A stretch of DNA of 64,000 bases from Mobula hypostoma. Its lineage: Eukaryota. Positions within the stretch are counted from its first letter, which is position 1, and every line of letters begins with the position of its first letter. The position numbers and the translations under genes are program-made. Where the stretch lies: positions 66,528,001 to 66,592,000 of the forward strand of contig NC_086115.1 in the NCBI RefSeq assembly GCF_963921235.1, given 5' to 3'. The notes beneath the pieces are model-generated. The model saw only the letters and a list, made by a program, of their open reading frames with translations, was not told the origin of the DNA and made no database searches. Positions 47,944 through 60,490 of this stretch are shown piece by piece.

Positions 47944-50900
47944 GCCACAGTCAAGGGGAACTGTTAGGTACCATGGTTGCTAATTTATGCATCTCCCAAT
48001 AGTGCCTGCTTGGTTGGTAAGGTCAGATGAGATTACTAAGTTTCAGACTCGTTGTGACAACAAGTGCTCACCGCCTGCAGAACTATGGTTCTTCCCGTGT
48101 TTCAGGTTCTCATTCTTTTTTGGAAGTGCCAGCTCTACTAATGGCCAATCAGATTTTGTTCCTCAAGTTAGAGTGCCACTTACCACAGCGCCCCCCATCC
48201 GAAAATCCTGAACGCCCCCAGTTGACTTCTATTTCCCCTAATGCCTCCTTAGGGCACATAACCGCCCCCATTGGGGGTCACTGTCTTAGACTGTCCCACC
48301 ATTGGAAACATCCTCTCCACATCCATTCTATCAATGCCTTTCACTGTTTGATATTCTTCAATTAGGTCACCACTTATTCTACCAAATTCCAGTGAATACA
48401 GGCCAAGAGCCATCAAATGCTTTTCATATGACAATCCGTTTAATCCTGGAATCATTTTCATAAACTTTGTTTGAACTCTCTCCAGTTTCAGTACATATTT
48501 TCCAAGGGGGCCACAATACTCCGTGAGGCTTCACCAGTACTTTATAAAGACTCAAAATTGCATCCTTGCTTTTATATTCTAGTCCTCTTGAAATGAAGGC
48601 TAACATCGCAATTGCCTTCCTTACCACAGACTCAACTTACAAATCAACCTTTAGGGAATCCTGCACAAGGAATCCCAAACTTCTTTGTGCCTCAGATTTT
48701 TTGTATTTTTTCTCCACTTAGAAAATAATCAACCCTTTTATTTCTTCCCCCAAAGTGCATGACCATACACTTCCTGACACTGTATTCCATCTGCCACTTC
48801 TTTGCCCGTTCTCCTAATCTGTTTAAGTTCTTCTGTAGTGTCTCTGTTTCCTCAAGACTACCTGCCCCTCCACCTGTCTTCGTATTGTCTGCAAATTTCA
48901 TCTAAGGTAGATAAGCTTGTAACACAGTTATACATTGGAATGTATAGCATTGTGGGTATTACTGATTCATGGCTGAAAGAAGATTATAACTTGGAATTTA
49001 ACATCCAAGGATTTACATTGTATCGAAAGGACAGGCACTATGCAGAGGGGTGGTGTGGCTCTGTTGGTAAAAGATGAAATCAAATCATTAGAAAGAGATG
49101 ACATAGGTTGGGAGGTGTTGAATTGTTGTGGGTAGAGCTAAAGAAATGCAAGGGCCAAAAGACCCAGATGGAAGTTGTATACAGAAGATGTGGTCTACAA
49201 ATTACGACAGGAGATAGTAAATGCATGCCAAAAGGGCAATGTTACATTGGTCATGGGGTAATTCAATATTCAGGTAGAAAGGGAAAATCATATTGGTCCT
49301 GGATCCCAAGAGGGGGAATTTCTGGAAAGCCTACAAGATGGCTTTTTAGAACAGCTTATGGTTGAGCCCACTGGAGGATCAGTTATTCTGGATTGGGTGT
49401 ATGCAATGAACCAGAATTGATTAGGGAGCTGAAGGAAAAGATGCCTTTGGGGACCAGTGATCATAATATGATCAAATTCACCCTGAAATTTGAGAAGTTA
49501 AAGTCAGATGTATCAGTATTACAGTAGAGTAAAGGGAATTACAGAGGCATGAGAGAGGAGTTGGACAAAATTGATTGGAGAAGAACACTGACAAGGATGA
49601 CAGCAGAGCAGCAATGGCTGGAATTTCTGTGAGCAACTCGAAAGGTGTGAACCTATACATCCCAAAGATGAAGAAGTATTTTAAAGGCAGGATGTCACAA
49701 CCATGGCTGACGGAAGAAGTCAAAGCCAACATAAATGCCATAGTGAGGGCATATAATAGAGCAAAAATTAGTGGGAAGTTAGAGGATTGGAGAGCTTTCA
49801 TATATCAATAGAAGGCAAATAAAAAGTCATAAAGAAGGAATACAAAGGAAAGCTAATAATATTAAAGAGGATACCAAAAGTTTCTTCAGATACATAAAGT
49901 GTAAAAGAGAGGTGAGAGTTTATATCGGACCACCGAAAAATGATGCTGAAGAGGTAGTAATGGGAAACAAGGAAATGGCAGACAAACTGAGTAAGTATTT
50001 TGCATCAGTCTTCACTGTGGAAGACACTACCAGTGTGCTGGAAGTTCAAGAGTGTCAGGGGCAGAGTATGTGAAGTTACCATTACCAGAGTGAAGGTTCT
50101 TGGGAAACTGAAAGGTCTGAAGATAGATAAGTCACCTAGACCAGATGGTGTATACCCCAGAGTTCTGACAAAGATGGCTGAAGAGATTCTGGAAGACTGA
50201 AAAATTGTAAATGTCACTCCACTCTTCAAGAAGGGAGAGAGACAGAAGAAAGGAAACTATACACCAATTAGTCTGACCTCAGTGGTTGGGAAGGTGTTAG
50301 AGTCAGTTATTAAGGATGAGGTCTCAGGGTACTTGGAGGCACATGATAAAATAGGCCATAGTCAGAATGGTTTCCTTAAGGGAAAATCCTGCCTGACAAA
50401 TCTGTTGAAGAAATAACAAGCAGGATAGAAAAAAGAGGATCGGTTGATGTGTATTTGGATTTTCAGAAGACATTTAACAAGGTTCCACACATGAGGATGC
50501 TTAATAAGTTAAGAGTTCATGGTATTACAGGAAATATTCTAGTATGGATAAAGCATTGGCTGATTGGCAGGAAGCAAAGAGTGGGAATAAAGGGTGACTT
50601 TTTTGGTTGGCTGCCTGTTACTAAGGGATTTCCACAGGGGTCGGTTTTGGAACCAATTCGTTTTATGTTATACATCAATGACTTGAATGATGGAATTGAT
50701 GGCTTTGTGGCCTATTCTGCAGACAATATGAAAATAGGTGGAGTGGCAGATATTTTTGAGGAAATAGAGAGGTTACAGATGGACTTAGACAGATTAGGTG
50801 AATGGGTAAAGAAGTGGCAGATGGAATACAGTGTTGAGAAATGTATGAACATGCACTTTGGTAGAAGAAATCAAAGGGCTGACTGGTTTCTAAATGGAGA

Positions 50901-51979
50901 GAAAATTCATAACTCAGAGGTGCAAAGGGACTTGTGAGTCCTGATACAGATTCACTCAAGGTTAATTTGCAGGTTGAGTTGGTGGTAAGGAAAGCAAATG
51001 CAATGTGAGCATTCACTTCAAGAGGACTAGAATATAAAAGCAAAGATGTAATGTTGAAGGTTTATAAAACTAGTGAAGTCATACTTGAGGTACGTGAGCA
51101 GTTCTGGGCCCCTTATCTAAGAAAGGATATGCTGACATCAGAGATGGTTCAAAGGGGGTTCACAAAAATGATTTTGTGATTGAAAGGGTTGTCATATGAG
51201 GAGCAGTTGGTGGCCCTGGGCCTGTCTTCACTGGAATTTAGAAGAAGAAGGGGTGACCTCATTGAAACCTAGTGTATGTTAAAAGGCCTCTATAGAGTGG
51301 ATGTGGATGCAATGATTTCTATTGTGCGGTTGTGGGGTTGTCTAAGACCAGAGGACACAGCCTCAGAATAAAGGAACATCCTTTCAGAATGGAGATGAGG
51401 AGGAATTTCTTAATCAAAGAATGGTGGACCTGTGGAATTCATTGCCACAGGCAGCTGTGGAGGCCACATCATTGGGTATATTTCAGGAAGAAGTTGATAG
51501 ATTCATGATTAGTTAAGGTACAAAGGGATACAGGGAGTAGCCAGGAGATTGGGGCTGAGAGGGAAAATGGATCAGCCATGATGAAATGGTGAAGCAGACT
51601 CAATGGGCCGAATGGCTCAGCTCCTATATCTCATGGTCTTATGGTCTATAATGACCCCCTGATAATTAATCCACCCAACTCAAAATATAACAACAGGGCA
51701 GCTACCTGTGCATCTGATTGGGACAAAGATCGAGGGTCAGAATTTGAATGGGTTCAATATCATCGACATATGTCGGTAAATGTTTTATTTTGCAGAAGCA
51801 TTATAGCATAATACATAATAATACTATAAAATACAGGAAGAAGTTTACTTCAGAATTAAATTAACTAGGTAGTGGAAGAGAGAGTGAAGTAGTGAGATCA
51901 GGCTGACAGGCTGGTTCATGAACTGTTTACAAATGCAATGGCGGAGGGGAAGAAGCTGTTTGTAAAACACTGAGAATCT

Positions 51980-52790
51980 TCAATGAAGGAGAAGGAGGCA
52001 ATGGCAACTAACAGCAACTCCTTTGCTCGTGTCATCACAAACAGCTCTATTTCCATCTTTATTATCTCTATTTTTCCCTTTCAGGGTTCTTTTAAAGACC
52101 CTCACCTGGTACATGCTGACTTTGGTTCTTTGCAGGAATGACCCACTCTGGGGTTTCACGACTGGCCGTTTTTCGACATACCTTGGGCGCAGCCTAAGAG
52201 CTCAGCTCGCCTTTGGAGGGCTAAGATCTCATGGTTCTGGAGACGGGCGGATCGAAGGTTGGTGTCCCGGCAGATCGTTGTGTCGTAGGAGTCGGAAGAT
52301 CTATGGCTGTGTGCCCAGAGACCTGAGCTCTTTGAGCACAAAGCTTGGAAAAGACAATGCAATCGACTTTTAACATCGCAAACCAGTGAGCTGTTTGTTA
52401 TGTCTCCCATCTCGCTGTGAAACAGAGACATCTCTTTCTCCCTTGTTAGGGAGAGAGAACCTGTGGTATGCCGAACGCCAGGAAAACGAGTAGTCTTTGG
52501 GTTATGGCAAGTCTGTCTTTGCTGTTGCTTTGCTGCATACTTGAGTACTCGCTGGTGGGTGCCAATGCTTTTTTTCACTAGTGGGGTGAGCGGGGATCGT
52601 TTCTTGCTGCCGCTTATGCGTGGGAGGGAGGGAAGCTGGGGGGGGGTACTTCGGGGTTCTAAGATTGAACTGTTATTCATTCTTTGGGGCACTCCTCTGT
52701 TTTCATGGATGGTTGCAAAGAAAAAGCATTTCAGGATGTATATTGTATACATTTCACTGACATTAAGTGTAACTTTGAAATCTTTGAAAT
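51980..52790 (+). mobile_element. Non-coding non-autonomous retroposon with (ctttgaaa)n tail, inside a Rex1 remnant
   Basis: Relatively CpG-rich; no recognisable protein; tail aactttgaaatctttgaaa resembles the Rex1-type tails at about 6930, 29745 and 56555. Confidence 0.55.
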
Positions 52791-53625
52791 ATCTCACTGA
52801 TGGTAGCAATGAGAGAGGGCAGGACCTGGGTGATGTGAGTCTCTTTTAGAAAGGAGGGAGGCAGCAGAAAGGAAATTAGAGAGCAGTTAGTCTGACCTCG
52901 GTGGTTGGGAAGATGTTGAAGTCAATTGTCAGGATGAGGTGATAGAGTACTTGGTAACACAGGACAAGGTACGACAAAGTCAGCATGGTTTCCTTAAGGG
53001 AAAATCTTGCCTACAAAGCTGTTGGAATTCTTTGAGGAGATTACAAGTAGGATAGATAAAGGGGAGGCAGTGGATGTTGTATATTTCGACTTTCAGAAAG
53101 CGACAAGGAGCCTCTCATGAGTCTGCTTACCAAGTTAACAGCCCATGATATTACAGGGAAGTTACTGGCATGGTTAGAGCATTGGCTAACTGCTTGGAGG
53201 CAGTGAGTGGGAATAAAAGGATCCTTTTCTGGTTGGCTGCCACTGACTAGTGGTGTTCCACAGGGTTCGATGTTGGGACCCCCTCTTTTTATGCTGTATA
53301 TCAATGGTTTAGATGATGGAATAGGTGGCTTTGTTGCCAAGTTTGCAGATGATATGGAGATTGGTAGAGGAGCAGGTAGTGTTGTGGAAACAGGTAGCCT
53401 GCAGAAGGACTTAGACAGATTAGGAGAATGGGCAAGAAAGTTGTCAATTAAATACAATGTTGGAAGATGTGTGGTCATGCACTTTGGTAGAAGAAATAAA
53501 TGTGCGGACTATTTTCTAAATGGAAAGAAAATCGAAAAATCTGAGATGCAAAGGGACTTGGGAGTCCTTGTGCAGACCACCATAAACTTCCAGGTTGAGT
53601 CAGTGGTGAGGAAGGCAAATGCAAT

Positions 53626-53843
53626 CAACACGCATCAAAGTTGCTGGTGAATGCAGCAGGCCAGGCAGCATCTCTAGGAAGAGGTTATGGTCGACGTTTC
53701 GGGCCGAGATCCTTCGTCAGGACTCAGCCCGAAACGTCGACTGTACCTCTTCCTAAAGATGCTGCCTGGCCTGCTGCATTCACCAGCAACTTTTATGTGT
53801 GTTGCTTGAATTTCCAGCATCTGCAGATTTCCTCGTGTTTGTC
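53626..53843. mobile_element. 218-bp hairpin PLE mini-insertion with 14-bp TSD
   Basis: Perfect TSD aaggcaaatgcaat 53612-53625 / 53844-53857; inverted arms meet at about 53723. Confidence 0.92.
53689..53724 (-). ncRNA. Hammerhead motif with intact core and GUC triplet
   Basis: Reverse complement reads agtc-CTGACGA-A-GGATCTCGGCCC-GAAA-CGTC-gacc. Confidence 0.82.
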
Positions 53844-54549
53844 AAGGCAAATGCAATGTTAGCATTCATTTCAAGACGTCTAGAATATAAGAGCAGGGGC
53901 TGATGCTTTATAAGGTAGTGGTGAGACCTCACTTTGAGTATTGTGAACAGTTTTGGCCGCCTCATTAGATTATGAGAACACTCAGTCCTCTTTTATTGTC
54001 ATTTAGAAATGCAAACATGCATTAAGAAATGATACAATGTTTCTCCAGAGTGATATCACAGAAAACAGGACAAACCAAAGACTAACACTGACAGAACCAC
54101 ATATTAAGAAAAGAAATGTGCTGGCATTGGAGAGGGTTTAGAGGAGGTTCACAAGGATGATCCTGGGAATGAAAGGGTTATCATACGGGGTACATTTGAT
54201 GGCTCTGGGTCTGTACTCACTGGAATTCAGAAGGATGCGGGGGATCTCATTGAAAGCTTTCGAATGTTGAAAGACCTTGACATAGTAGATGTGGAAAGGA
54301 TGTTTCCCATGGTGGAAGAGTCTGAGGAGCACAGCCTCAGGATAGGGAGGCATCCAATTAAAACTGAAATGCAGAGAAACTTCTTTAGCCAGTGGTGAAT
54401 TTGTGGAATTTGTTACCATAGCAGCCAAGGAGGCCGGGTATTTGGGTGTATTTAGGGCAGAGGTTGATAGATCCTTGACTGGACATGGCATCAAAGGTTA
54501 CTGGGAGAAGGCCAGGAAGTGGGAAGAAATGATCAGCCATGATTGAGTA

Positions 54550-55100
54550 ATGGAGGCTAGTGCCCATGATGGAGCTGAATGAGTATACAACCTTCTGCAG
54601 GCTTTTCCAATTTTGTGCAATGGTGACCCCCCCCCCCCCGCCCGATAGGAGATGGTGATGCAATCAGTTAGCGTGCTCTCTATCGTACATCTGTAGAAAT
54701 TTGTGAGAGTCTTTAGTGACATACCAAATCAACACTCCAAACTACAGTCCTATTCATCCCATGGCATCTACTTCCACAGAAAGCTGAGGAAATTTGGCAT
54801 GTACATCCATACTCCGATCCTTCTACAGATACACAGCAGAGAGTATGCTAACATGCTGCATCACTGCCTGGTGCAGAAACTGCCCCATAGCAGACAGGAA
54901 GGTTTACAATGGGTGGACAAAACTGTCAAATGCATCACTGGCACCAGCTGACCAGCAATCAAGGAGATGTGTACAGAAAGGTGCCGGAAAAGGGCCAGTA
55001 GCGTCAATAAGGATCCCGCCCAGCACCTTCATGGACTGTTTGTCCCACTCCCATCGGAGAAGAGGCTAAGTAGCATCAACAAAAGGACCACCACACTTTC
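54550..55100. mobile_element. Two oppositely oriented Rex1 RT fragments
   Basis: NFYRCTIESTLTDCIT (minus strand) and SFYRYTAESMLTCCITAWCRNC (plus strand). Confidence 0.8.
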
Positions 55101-55880
55101 TGCTATCGCCAAGAGGTATTGCTGAGTATAATTGTGGGCCTGAAGATAGGTAAGTCACCTGGTCCTGATGGAATGCAATCCAGGGTACTGAAAGAAATGG
55201 CAGAAGTTATAGTAGAGGATTTGGTGATGATTTATCAAAATTCTGTGGACTCTGGGCAAATCCCAGCAGATTGGAAAACGGTGAATGTCACATCACTGTA
55301 CAAAAGAGGATGTGGGCAAAAGGCAGGTAACTGTAGGCCAGTTAGTTTAACGTCTGTAGTTGGGAAAGTGCTTGAAGTTATCATTAAAGACGAAATAATG
55401 AGACATCTGGAAAGAAATGGATCCACCAGGCAGACACAGCATGGATTCAGCAAAGGCAATTCCTGTTTGACAAACTTACTGGAGTTCTTTAGGATATTAT
55501 CGTGACAACAATAAACCAATAACAATAATCAGTTAAAAGTGAACATACAGAGCAACTTTGCTCTCTTGACCAAAAGTAAGAAAATCAGATTAAACATTTA
55601 TTTGCCTCACTGTCATTTTCTACATAATATATATTCATTTATTTCTGTAAAGTTATGCATTTTGTGTACTTCAACATAGTTTTCTCATGCTGATTAAATT
55701 CTATACAACTGAAAGCATTTAGTTCATTTGTTTAGTGTTGAGCTCTTGTTCAAAGATTTGATGTAAGCGCCAATAACCAATTAGCAATCACTCTCAACCA
55801 TGTAATCCTGAAATTGAAAAACCTGCTCCTTTTTTCCCTTTATGAATGGTTGCCGTGGAGATTTCCGATTTAACACCTAC

Positions 55881-55930
55881 CTTCCACATCTTGTCCTTGA
55901 TGGCTATCAGTGGCATTGAAAATACTTCTC
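55881..55930 (-). CDS. Candidate host-gene exon A (50 nt)
   Basis: ttattacag|GAGAAG...TGGAAG|gtaggt (strong donor); reads RSIFNATDSHQGQDVE, phase 2 to 1. Confidence 0.5.
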
Positions 55931-57084
55931 CTGTAATAATCAACTTGTTCATGTAAAGGCAGGCAAAATCTCTGCAATACTCAGCATTTACAAACAGGTA
56001 TATTCTTGTCAAAGCAGGCACCAAACACCAGCCACGATTGACTACCACAGCCCCACATCTACTGACGTGAAAATATTTAAATTTTATATAAATATTTTCG
56101 ATTTATCATTTTTCTCTTAGTAAACTTGTGCCAATATTCTAAAATTCCTGAGAAGCCACACTTCCATAGGTACAGATGAAACACTCTACTCTGACAAAGA
56201 AAGGAGAGAGACAAGAGGGAAATATAGATGAGTGTGTTTGGTGTTTGTGTTGTCAAATGCTGGGATGCATTAATAAGGATCCTGTTAAAAACACTTAGAA
56301 ATCAGGAGAAAATTGCAGCTGATGCTATAAATCTGGAATGAAAATGGAAAATACTGAAATTACTAAACAATAACAGCTTTTTTCTCTTTGGTGTTTGCAC
56401 AGTTGGTCTTTTGCACATTGGTATTTGTCAGTCTTTGTGTGCAGTTTTCCACTAAGCAAATCATATTTCTTTGTTCTACTGTGAATGCCTTCAAGAAAAT
56501 TAATCTCAAGACAGAACATAGTGATATTTTCATGGTTTAATAATAAATTTACTTTGAACTTTGAACGCTAAGTGGGATAGGCAGTTCCTGTGGAAAGTGA
56601 AACGGAGTTCGTGTTTCAGGCTGAAATCCCTGTTTCCCTTTCTGCTGCCTGACCTGCTGAAAGTTTCCAAAATTTTCTGATTTTGTTTTAGATTTCCAAC
56701 TTCTAACTTCTTTTTTGCTTTTCAAATACATCATTTTGTTTAGGGTTGGCAGTATATTAGTAGTGCTGGGTTACCCACTTAAAACTGAAACGTGGAGAAA
56801 TTTCTTCACTCAGAGCATGCTGAATCTCTGCCTAAGGGCTGAGAAAACTTGGTCACAATATCATCCAAAAGTAAGATTGACAGAATTTTGGAGATATCCG
56901 GAATCAGGGGATATGGAGAAGGGACAGAGAGGCAGAAGGTTAGCTGTGTTCACATTGAATGCTAGAATAGGTTTGAAGGGGTGAATGGCCATTTCCTGTC
57001 CTTCTTTCTTATGCTTTTATGTTCTTACATATCAGGATTTTCATTAATGTATTTGAAAAGGGAATGTAAAATGCCAGTTACTGT

Positions 57085-57305
57085 GGGGAGGTGTATCAGT
57101 TAGCATGGCACTATCACAGCTCAGGGAGTTCTGCAGTCGGGAGTTCAATTCAGACACCGTCGGTTAGGAGTTTATATGTTCCCTCTGTGTAACTGCAAGA
57201 GTTTCCGCCAAGTTCTCTGGTTTCCTCCCACAGTCCAAAGACATACCAGGTGGTAGTTGAATTAGTCATTGTAAATTGTTCTGTGGTTAGGCTAGGGTTA
57301 GGGAT
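57085..57305 (+). mobile_element. V-SINE/HE1-like SINE
   Basis: B box gagttcaattc; V domain ctctggtttcctcccacagtccaaagacatac. Confidence 0.75.
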
Positions 57306-57444
57306 TGCACAATACATACAGGGAGGTAGTTACTCCCAAGATGCTGGTGACAGGTAACTGGGTGACTGTCAGGAGGTGGAAAGGGGATAGGCAATCAGGG
57401 CAAAGTACATGTCCATCCCCCTCAACAGCTTTGGATACTGTTAG

Positions 57445-60400
57445 TCATATAGAAGTATGGCACAAAAACAGGACCTTAGGCCTATCTAGTCTATGCTGAA
57501 CCATTTAAACTGCCTACTTCCATCGACCTGCATCAGGACCATAGTCCTCCATACCCCTACTAACCATGTACCTATCCAAACTTCTCTTAAATTTTGAAAT
57601 AGAGCTAAATGTTGACAGCTCGCCCCACACTCTCATGACTCTCTGACTGAAGACATTTCCCCTCATATTTGTCTTAAACTTTTCACATTTCACTTTAACC
57701 CATGACCTCTAGTTGTAGTCACACCCAACCTCAGTGGAAAAAGCATGTTTGCATTTACCTAATCTCTACTCCTCATAATGTATACCTCGACCAAATCTCT
57801 CCTCAGTCTTCTACATTCTAGGGGATAAACTCCTAACCATTTCAATTTTCCCTTATAACTCATGTCCTCCAGTCTGGGCAACATCCTTGTTGATCGGTGA
57901 CCAAAGCTGCACACAATACTCCAAATTAGGTCTCACCAATGTCCTATACAACTTCAACATAACATCCCATCTCCTGTACTCAGTGCTTTGATTTATGAAG
58001 GCTAATGTGCTAAAAGCTTTCTTTAGACCATAAGACCATAAGATATAGGAGCAGAATTAGGCCATTTGGCCCATTGTATCTGCTCCACTACTTCATCATG
58101 GCTGATCCAATTTTCCTCTCAGCCCCAATCTCGTGCCTTCTCCCCGTATCCCTTCATGCCCTCCCTAGCTAAAGAAATTCCTCCTCATTTCCATTCTAGA
58201 AGGATGTCCCCCTATTCTGAGGGTGTGCCCTCTGGTTTTAGACTCTCCCACCATAGGAAACATTCTCTCCAATCTATCAAGGCCTTTCACCATTCGATAA
58301 GTTTCAATGAGGTTACCACACATTCTTCTGAATTCTAGAGAATACACCTCAGAGCCATCAAATGCTCTTCATATGACAATCCATTGAATCCTGGACCAAT
58401 CTTTACGACCCTATCCACTTGTGATGCCACTTCCAATGAATTATGGACCTGTATTCCCAGATCCCTTTGTTCTATTGCACTCCTCAGGGTCAACCGTTCA
58501 TTGTGTAATACCTACCATGGTTTGACTGACCAAAGTGCAACATCTCACAATTGCCTGCATTAAATTCCATCTGATATTTTTCAGCCCATTTTCCAACTGG
58601 TCCAGATCCTGCTGCAAGCTTTGATATTCTTCCTCATTGACCCCCAATCTTGGTGTCATCTGCAAATTTGCTGATCCAGTTAACCCCATTACCATGCAGA
58701 TCATTGACATAGTTGACAAACAACAATGGCCCCAGCACCAGTCCCTGGAGCTGTCCATGAGTCACAGCCTCCAGTCACAGAGGCAACCATCTACTACCAC
58801 TCTCTGGCTTCTCCCACAAAGACAATGTCTAATCCAATTTACTACGTTATCTTGAATGCCAAATTACTGAACCTTCTTGACCGCCTCCCACTCAGGGCCT
58901 TGTCAAATGCCTTACTGATAGTCATGTCGACAACATCCACTACCTTGCTGTCATCAACTTTTTCGGTAACTTCCTCGAAAAACTCTATAAGATTTGTTAG
59001 GCATGATCTAACCCGTACAAAACTATGCTGACTATCCTTAATTAATCCACGCCTATCCAAATACTCACATCTACGGTCCATTAGAATACCTTCTGATAAC
59101 TTTCCCACTACTAATGTCAGGCTCACTGGCCTATAATTTCCTGGTTTCTGTTTAGAGCCTTTTTTAAACAGCGGAACATCCAATATTCTGGTACCTCACC
59201 TGTTGCTAAGGATGATTTAAATATCTCTGCTGGGGCCACTGCAATTTCTACACCAGCCTCCCAGACTCTGAGGGAACACCTTGTCATGCCCAGGGAACTT
59301 ATCCACACTATTTTGCCTCAAGGCAGCAAACACCCGCATAGGGGCTAAGAAGTCCATAAGACAATCAGACACCCTCTAATGACAACACATCCTTTCTGAG
59401 ATAAGGACTGTAGACAATACTCCAAGTGCAACCTGACTGGTGTCTTATAAGGGCTCAGCATTATCTCCTTGTTTTATATTCTATTTCCCTTGAAATAAAT
59501 GTCAATATTGCAATTCCCTTCTTTACCACAGACTCAACTTGTGAACTAACCTTTTGGATTTCTAAGTCCCTCTGCACCTCTGATGTTTGAATTTTCTCCC
59601 CATTTGGATAATGTCTGCACTATTGTTTCTTTTACCAAACTGCATTGTCATACATTTCCCAACACTGTATTCCATCTGCCACTTTTTTGCCCATTCTTCC
59701 AATTTGTCTTAGTCCTGCTGCAACTGTATTGCTTCCTCAACACTACCTACCCCTCCACCTATCTTTGCATCATCTGTAGAGCCATCAATTCTATAAATCA
59801 CTGACAAACAATGTGAAAAGTAGCAGTCTCAATACTGACCTGAGGAACACCACTAGTCACCGGCAACCAACCAGAAAAGGCCCCCTTTATTCCCACTCAC
59901 TGCCTCCTGCCCATCAGCCATTCCTCTATCCATGCCAGTATATTTCCTGTCACACCATAGGATTTTATCTTGTTAAGCAGCCTCATGTGAGGCACCTTAT
60001 CAAATGCCTTCTGAAAATCGAAGTAAATGACACCCACTGCCTCTCCTTTGTCCACCTTGTTTGTTACTTTCTCAAAGAATTCTAATAAATTTATCAGACA
60101 AGATTTCCCTTCATAGAAACCATACTGACTTTCACTTATTTTATCATTGGTCTCCAAGTACCCTGAAGCCTTGTCCTTAATAATGGACTCCAACATTTTC
60201 CCAACCACTGAGGTTAGGCTAACTAGCCTATAATTTACTCCCTTTTGTCTTCCTCCCTTGTAGAGTGGATGCCACTTTGCCTCACTTCGATAGACTCTGT
60301 GTCTGTCTCCTGAGTAAATACAGATACAAAAAGTCCACTTAATATCTCTCCCATCCATTTTGGCTCCATGAATTGATTACCATTCTGATCTTCCAGAGAA

Positions 60401-60490
60401 CCAATTTTTGTTCCTTGCAATCCTTTTGCTTTTAATCTCTTAGGATTCTCCTTCACCCTGTCTGTCAGGGCAACCTCATGCCTTCTTTCT
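57445..60490 (-). mobile_element. Mosaic of degenerate CR1 RT and 3' fragments
   Basis: ORFs 58165..58347, 58842..59183 and 59897..60358. Confidence 0.85.

Larger units (their letters stand above)
44119..48283 (-). mobile_element. Decayed autonomous hAT transposon (Buster/ZBED5/SCAND3-like transposase)
   Basis: BED finger CLLCNIVLSNEAMRPSRLQQHFCNRHP; CATDGAP at about 45357-45377; IHCVIHCQHL; TIR ttgggggtcactg at 48271-48283; TSD tcttagaa 44111-44118 / tcttagac 48284-48291. The left TIR is degenerate. Confidence 0.88.
43720..48902 (-). mobile_element. CR1 3' part (43720-44118 plus 48284-48902), split by the hAT
   Basis: Tail at 43720; ORFs 48249..48461, 48424..48627 and 48692..48901. Confidence 0.85.
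43462..51650 (+). mobile_element. Old CR1 (43462-43719 plus 48903-51650), split by a nested stack
   Basis: EN start cagaataagg...taaggtagataag rejoins across the insertion (taagg duplicated); RT ORF 50449..50937; tcttatgg tail. Confidence 0.88.
52848..54550 (+). mobile_element. CR1 RT and 3' end
   Basis: ORF 53207..53650 (GVPQGSMLGP, KFADD). Confidence 0.88.

Noticed and set aside
55794..56048. 84-aa single-exon ORF (GEVFSMPLIAIKDKMWK frame)
   Set aside because: Non-ATG start; splicing this frame to exon B hits a stop after 10 codons. It remains possible only if an intervening exon was missed.
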